From assembly GCA_964016885.1 (NCBI GenBank), contig OZ024743.1:297414001-297478000 (forward strand): a stretch of 64,000 nt of DNA. The letters run 5' to 3'. Below, piece after piece: positions 57,151 to 64,000 of this stretch. Below the pieces are notes generated by a model. That model worked only from the letters and a program-made list of their open reading frames with translations, had not been told where the DNA came from and made no database searches. A program made the position numbers and the translations under genes. This DNA comes from Eledone cirrhosa (lineage: Eukaryota). Position 1 is the first letter of the stretch; each line of letters starts with the position of its first letter.

Positions 57151-60100
57151 TGTAAGTGTTAGCAGAGGAGATATCAGTGACGTATGTCAGAGTTAGTAGT
57201 GGAGATACCAGTGACGTATGTAAGAGTTAGGAGAGGAGATATCAGTGACGTATGTCAGAGTTAGGAGAGGAGATACCAGTGACGTATGTAAGAGTTAGGA
57301 GAGGAGATACCAGTGACGTATGTAAGAGTTAGGAGAGGAGATACCAGTGACGTATGTAAGTGTTACGAGAGGAGATACCAGTGACGTATGTCAGAGTTAG
57401 GAGAGAAGATACCAGTGACGTATGTCAGAGTTAGGAGAGGAGATACCAGTGACGTATGTAATAGTTAGGAGAGGAGATACCAGTGACGTATGTAAGTGTT
57501 AGGAGAGGAGATATCAGTGACGTATGTCAGAGTTAGGAGAGGAGATACCAGTGACGTATATAAGTGTTAGGAGAGGAGATATCAGTGACGTATGTCAGAG
57601 TTAGGAGTGGAGAAACCAGTGACGTATGTAAGAGTTAGGAGAGGAGATACCAGTGACGTATGTAAGAGTTAGGAGAGGAGATACCAGTGACGTATGTAAG
57701 AGTTAGGAGAGGAGATATCTGTGACATATGTAAGTGTTACGAGAGGAGATACCAGTGACGTATGTAAGAGTTAGGAGAGGAGATACCAGTGACGTATGTA
57801 AGAGTTAGGAGAGGAGATACCAGTGACGTATGTAAGAGTTAGGAGAGGAGATACCAGTGACGTATGTAAGTGTTACGAGAGGAGATACCAGTGATGTATG
57901 TAAGAGTTAGGAGAGGAGATACCAGTGACGTATGTAAGTGTTACGAGAGGAGATACCAGTGACGTATGTAAGAGTTAGGAGAGGAGATACCAGTGACGTA
58001 TGTAAGAGTTAAGAGAGGAGATACCAGTGACGTATGTAAGTGTTACGAGAGGAGATGCCAGTGACGTATGTAAGTGTTACGAGAGGAGATATCAGTGACG
58101 TATATAAGTTTTACGAGAGGAGATCCCAGTGACGTATGTAAGTGTTACGAGAGGAGATACCAGTCACGTATGTAAGAGTTAGGAGAGCAGATACCAGTGA
58201 CGTATGTAAGAGTTAGGAGAGGAGATACCAGTGACGTATGTAAGAGTTAGGAGAGGAGATTCCAGTGACGTTTGTAAGAGTTAGGAGAGGAGATACCCGT
58301 GACGTATGTAAGTGTTAGGAGAGGAGATACCAGTGACGTATGTAAGTGTTACGAGAGGAGATACCAGTCACGTATGTAAGAGTTAGGAGAGCAGATACCA
58401 GTGACGTATATTAGTGTTACGAGAGGAGATACCAGTGACGTATGTAAGAGTTAGGAGAGGAGATACCAGTGACGTATGTAAGTGTTACGAGAGGAGATAC
58501 CAGTGATGTATGTAAGAGTTAGGAGAGGAGATACCAGTGACGTATGTAAGTGTTACGAGAGGATATACCAGTGACGTATGTAAGTGTTACGAGAGGAGAT
58601 ACCAGTGACGTATGTAAGAGTTAGGAGAGGAGATACCAGTGACGTATGTAAGAGTTAAGAGAGGAGATACCAGTGACGTTTGTAAGTGTTACGAGAGGAG
58701 ATGCCAGTGACGTATGTAAGTGTTACGAGAGGAGATATCAGTGACGTATGTAAGTGTTACGAGAGGAGATACCAGTGACGTATGTTAGTGTTACGAGAGG
58801 AGATACCAGTCACGTATGTAAGAGTTAGGAGAGCAGATACCAGTGACGTATGTAAGAGTTAGGAGAGGAGATACCAGTGACGTATGTAAGAGTTAGGAGA
58901 GGAGATACCAGTGACGTTTGTAAGAGTTAGGAGAGGAGATACCAGTGACGTATGTAAGAGTTAGGAGAGGAGATACCAGTGACGTATGTCAGAGTTAGGA
59001 GAGAAGATACCAGTGACGTATGTCAGAGTTAGGAGAGGAGATACCAGTGACGTATGTAAGAGTTAGGAGAGGAGATATCAGTGACGTATGTAAGAGTTAG
59101 GAAGGAGATATCAGTGACGTATGTAAGTGTTAGGAGAGGAGATACCAGTGACGTATGTAAGAGTTACGAGAGGAGATATCAGTGAGGTATGTAAGAGTTA
59201 GGAAGGAGATATCAGTGACGTATGTAAGTGTTAGGAGAGGAGATATCAGTGACGTATGTCAGAGATAGGAAGGAGATATCAGTGACGTATGTCAGAGTTA
59301 GGAGAGGAGATACCAGTGACGTTTGTAAGAGTTAGGAGAGGACATACCAGTGACGTATGTCAGAGTTAGGAGAGGAGATACCAGTGACGTATGTAAGAGT
59401 TAGGAGAGGAGATACCAGTGACGTATGTAAGAGTTATGAAGGAGATATCAGTGACGTATGTAAGAGTTAGGAGAGGAGATACCAGTGACGTATGTAAGAT
59501 TTCGGAGAGGAGATACCAGTGACGTATGTAAGAGTTAGGAGAGGAGATACCAGTGACGTATGTAAGAGTTAGGAGAGGAGATACCACTGACGTATGTAAG
59601 AGTTAGGAGAGGATATACCAGTGACGTATGTAACAGTTAGGAGAGGAGATACCAGTGACGTATGTAAGAGTTAGGGGAGGAGATACCAGTGACGTATGTC
59701 AGAGTTAGGAGAGGAGATACCAGTGACGTATGTAAGCGTTAGGAGAGGAGATACCAGTGACGTATTTAAGTGTTAGGAGAGGAGATACCAGTGACGTATG
59801 TAAGAGTTACGAGAGGAGATATCAGTGAGGTATGTAAGAGTTAGGAAGGAGATATCAGTGACGTATGTCAGAGTTAGGAGAGGAGATATCAGTGACGTAT
59901 GTAAGTGTTAGGAGAGGAGATATCAGTGACGTATGTCAGAGATAGGAAGGAGATATCAGTGACGTATGTCAGAGTTAGGAGAGGAGATACCAGTGACGTT
60001 TGTAAGAGTTAGGAGAGGACATACCAGTGACGTATGTAAGAGTTACGAGAGGAGATATCAGTGAGGTATGTAAGAGTTAGGAAGGAGATATCAGTGACGT

Positions 60101-62650
60101 ATGTCAGAGTTAGGAGAGGAGATATCAGTGACGTATGTAAGTGTTAGGAGAGGAGATATCAGTGACGTATGTCAGAGATAGGAAGGAGATATCAGTGACG
60201 TATGTCAGAGTTAGGAGAGGAGATACCAGTGACGTTTGTAAGAGTTAGGAGAGGACATACCAGTGACGTATGTCAGAGTTAGGAGAGGAGATACCAGTGA
60301 CGTATGTAAGAGTTAGGAGAGGAGATACCAGTGACGTTTGTAAGAGTTAGGAGAGGAGATACCAGTGACGTTTGTAAGAGTTAGGAGAGGAGATACCAGT
60401 GACGTATGTAAGTGTTAGCAGAGGAGATATCAGTGACGTATGTCAGAGTTAGTAGTGGAGATACCAGTGACGTATGTAAGAGTTAGGAGAGGAGATATCA
60501 GTGACGTATGTCAGAGTTAGGAGAGGAGATACCAGTGACGTATGTAAGAGTTAGGAGAGGAGATACCAGTGACGTATGTAAGAGTTAGGAGAGGAGATAC
60601 CAGTGACGTATGTAAGTGTTACGAGAGGAGATACCAGTGACGTATGTCAGAGTTAGGAGAGAAGATACCAGTGACGTATGTCAGAGTTAGGAGAGGAGAT
60701 ACCAGTGACGTATGTAATAGTTAGGAGAGGAGATACCAGTGACGTATGTAAGTGTTAGGAGAGGAGATATCAGTGACGTATGTCAGAGTTAGGAGAGGAG
60801 ATACCAGTGACGTATATAAGTGTTAGGAGAGGAGATATCAGTGACGTATGTCAGAGTTAGGAGTGGAGAAACCAGTGACGTATGTAAGAGTTAGGAGAGG
60901 AGATACCAGTGACGTATGTAAGAGTTAGGAGAGGAGATACCAGTGACGTATGTAAGAGTTAGGAGAGGAGATATCTGTGACATATGTAAGTGTTACGAGA
61001 GGAGATACCAGTGACGTATGTAAGAGTTAGGAGAGGAGATACCAGTGACGTATGTAAGAGTTAGGAGAGGAGATACCAGTGACGTATGTAAGAGTTAGGA
61101 GAGGAGATACCAGTGACGTATGTAAGTGTTACGAGAGGAGATACCAGTGATGTATGTAAGAGTTAGGAGAGGAGATACCAGTGACGTATGTAAGTGTTAC
61201 GAGAGGAGATACCAGTGACGTATGTAAGAGTTAGGAGAGGAGATACCAGTGACGTATGTAAGAGTTAAGAGAGGAGATACCAGTGACGTATGTAAGTGTT
61301 ACGAGAGGAGATGCCAGTGACGTATGTAAGTGTTACGAGAGGAGATATCAGTGACGTATATAAGTTTTACGAGAGGAGATCCCAGTGACGTATGTAAGTG
61401 TTACGAGAGGAGATACCAGTCACGTATGTAAGAGTTAGGAGAGCAGATACCAGTGACGTATGTAAGAGTTAGGAGAGGAGATACCAGTGACGTATGTAAG
61501 AGTTAGGAGAGGAGATTCCAGTGACGTTTGTAAGAGTTAGGAGAGGAGATACCCGTGACGTATGTAAGTGTTAGGAGAGGAGATACCAGTGACGTATGTA
61601 AGTGTTACGAGAGGAGATACCAGTCACGTATGTAAGAGTTAGGAGAGCAGATACCAGTGACGTATATTAGTGTTACGAGAGGAGATACCAGTGACGTATG
61701 TAAGAGTTAGGAGAGGAGATACCAGTGACGTATGTAAGTGTTACGAGAGGAGATACCAGTGATGTATGTAAGAGTTAGGAGAGGAGATACCAGTGACGTA
61801 TGTAAGTGTTACGAGAGGATATACCAGTGACGTATGTAAGTGTTACGAGAGGAGATACCAGTGACGTATGTAAGAGTTAGGAGAGGAGATACCAGTGACG
61901 TATGTAAGAGTTAAGAGAGGAGATACCAGTGACGTTTGTAAGTGTTACGAGAGGAGATGCCAGTGACGTATGTAAGTGTTACGAGAGGAGATATCAGTGA
62001 CGTATGTAAGTGTTACGAGAGGAGATACCAGTGACGTATGTTAGTGTTACGAGAGGAGATACCAGTCACGTATGTAAGAGTTAGGAGAGCAGATACCAGT
62101 GACGTATGTAAGAGTTAGGAGAGGAGATACCAGTGACGTATGTAAGAGTTAGGAGAGGAGATACCAGTGACGTTTGTAAGAGTTAGGAGAGGAGATACCA
62201 GTGACGTATGTAAGAGTTAGGAGAGGAGATACCAGTGACGTATGTCAGAGTTAGGAGAGAAGATACCAGTGACGTATGTCAGAGTTAGGAGAGGAGATAC
62301 CAGTGACGTATGTAAGAGTTAGGAGAGGAGATATCAGTGACGTATGTAAGAGTTAGGAAGGAGATATCAGTGACGTATGTAAGTGTTAGGAGAGGAGATA
62401 CCAGTGACGTATGTAAGAGTTACGAGAGGAGATATCAGTGAGGTATGTAAGAGTTAGGAAGGAGATATCAGTGACGTATGTAAGTGTTAGGAGAGGAGAT
62501 ATCAGTGACGTATGTCAGAGATAGGAAGGAGATATCAGTGACGTATGTCAGAGTTAGGAGAGGAGATACCAGTGACGTTTGTAAGAGTTAGGAGAGGACA
62601 TACCAGTGACGTATGTCAGAGTTAGGAGAGGAGATACCAGTGACGTATGT
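56390..62650 (+). repeat. Tandem duplication, offset 3020 then 3256 bp (236-bp internal duplication near 59.8-60.27 kb)
   Basis: AAGATTTCGG cassette at an offset of 3020. AGTTAGTAGT at 57191/60447 and TATATAAGTTTTACG at 58101/61357 (offset 3256). Confidence 0.88.
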
Positions 62651-64000
62651 AAGAGTTAGGAGAGGAGTTACCAGTGACGTTTGTAAGAGTTAGGAGAGGA
62701 GATACCAGTGACGTTTGTAAGAGTTAGGAGAGGAGATACCAGTGACGTATGTAAGTGTTAGCAGAGGAGATATCAGTGACGTATGTCAGAGTTAGGAGTG
62801 GAGATACCAGTGACGTATGTAAGAGTTAGGAGAGGAGATATCAGTGACGTATGTCAGAGTTAGGAGAGGAGATACCAGTGACGTATGTAAGATTTAGGAG
62901 AGGAGATACCAGTGACGTATGTAAGAGTTAGGAGAGGAGATATCAATGACGTATGTAAGAGTTAGGAAGGAGATATCAGTGACGTATGTCAGAGTTAGGA
63001 GAGAAGATACCAGTGACGTATGTCAGTGTTAGGAGAGGAGATACCAGTGACGTATGTAAGAGTTAGGAGAGGAGATATCAATGACGTATGTAAGAGTTAG
63101 GAAGGAGATATCAGTGACGTATGTCAGAGTTAGGAGAGAAGATACCACTGACGTATGTCAGAGTTAGGAGAGGAGATACCAGTGACGTATGTAAGAGTTA
63201 GGAGAGGAGATACCAGTGACGTATGTAAGAGTTAGGAAGGAGATATCAGTGACGTATGTATGTGTTAGGAGAGGAGATACCAGTGACGTATGTAAGAGTT
63301 ACGAGAGGAGATATCAGTGAGGTATGTAAGAGTTAGGAAGGAGATATCAGTGACGTATGTCAGAGTTAGGAGAGGAGATACCATTGACGTATGTAAGTGT
63401 TAGGAGAGGAGATATCAGTGACGTATGTCAGAGATAGGAAGGAGATATCAGTGACGTATGTCAGAGTTAGGAGAGGAGATACCAGTGACGTTTGTAAGAG
63501 TTAGGAGAGGACATACCAGTGACGTATGTCAGAGTTAGGAGAGGAGATACCAGTGACGTATGTAAGAGTTAGGAGAGGAGATACCAGTGACGTTTGTAAG
63601 AGTTAGGAGAGGAGATACCAGTGACGTTTGTAAGAGTTAGGAGAGGAGATACCAGTGACGTATGTAAGTGTTAGCAGAGGAGATACCAGTGACGTATGTA
63701 AGTGTTACGAGAGAAGATACCAGTGACGTATGTCAGAGTTAGGAGAGAAGATACCAGTGACGTATGTCAGAGTTAGGAGAGGAGATACCAGTGACGTATG
63801 TAATAGTTAGGAGAGGAGATACCAGTGACGTATGTAAGTGTTAGGAGAAGAGATATCAGTGACGTATGTCAGAGTTAGGAGAGGAGATACCAGTGACGTA
63901 TATAAGTGTTAGGAGAGGAGATATCAGTGACGTATGTCAGAGTTAGGAGTGGAGATACCAGTGACGTATGTAAGAGTTAGGAGAGGAGATACCAGTGACG

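Larger units (their letters stand above)
1..64000 (+). repeat. 34-bp tandem satellite/minisatellite array (about 1,880 monomers), truncated by both window edges
   Basis: Consensus GAGTTAGGAGAGGAGATACCAGTGACGTATGTAA repeats head-to-tail in one orientation from base 1 to 64000. Most monomers carry 0-2 substitutions. Length variants are 33 bp (TTAGGAAGGAGAT, 1-nt deletion) and rare 29 bp (TTAGGAGATACC). Confidence 0.99.

Noticed and set aside
2195-59587. Ten 68-73 aa minus-strand ORFs (MVSPLLTLTYVTGISSPNSY...)
   Set aside because: They are translations of the repeat cycling through frames. They exist only where a CCAC variant supplies a GTG start, TTCGG removes the TAA stop and a 33-bp monomer shifts frame. 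There is no domain or gene context.
1-64000. CRISPR array (repeat length fits)
   Set aside because: Monomers abut directly, with no unique spacers, leader or cas genes.
1-64000. AGGAG Shine-Dalgarno-like motif upstream of ATG
   Set aside because: It lies about 13 nt from an ATG that is followed immediately by TAA, and nothing indicates a prokaryotic context.
1-64000. 34-bp loxP/FRT-like recombination sites or plasmid iterons
   Set aside because: Only the length matches. There are no 13-bp inverted arms around a spacer and no recombinase or Rep gene.
1-64000. Splice signals (GTATGT and GTAAG on +, CTAAC on -)
   Set aside because: Donor-like and branch-like motifs are on opposite strands and no exon structure exists. 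Short matches are expected by chance.
1-64000. Telomerase-synthesised tract or rolling-circle/sequencing concatemer
   Set aside because: Variants are inherited in nested multi-kb blocks with private mutations, which fits recombinational evolution and not repeated copying of one short template or random read error.

Overview
The whole 64 kb is one uninterrupted head-to-tail tandem array of a 34-bp monomer, consensus GAGTTAGGAGAGGAGATACCAGTGACGTATGTAA (about 1,880 copies; 12A/12G/7T/3C, so 44% GC and 71% purine on +). It runs off both ends of the window. I found no unique sequence, inversion, transposon insertion, RNA gene or credible protein-coding gene; the ten listed ORFs are by-products of repeat variants. 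An array this long looks like eukaryotic satellite or minisatellite DNA, but I cannot name the family or organism from sequence alone. The information lies in the variant monomers, which act as barcodes for nested tandem duplications (offsets 509, 810, 983, 1357, 1425, 1491, 1592, 1899, 2680, 3155, 3256, 3388 and 5896 bp). They also show a recurring ordered variant cassette, a non-adjacent copy 10.65 kb away, and a shift in monomer subfamily near 48 kb. Offsets were counted by hand from rare markers; block boundaries are approximate to a few monomers. I do not see a gene-based system here.
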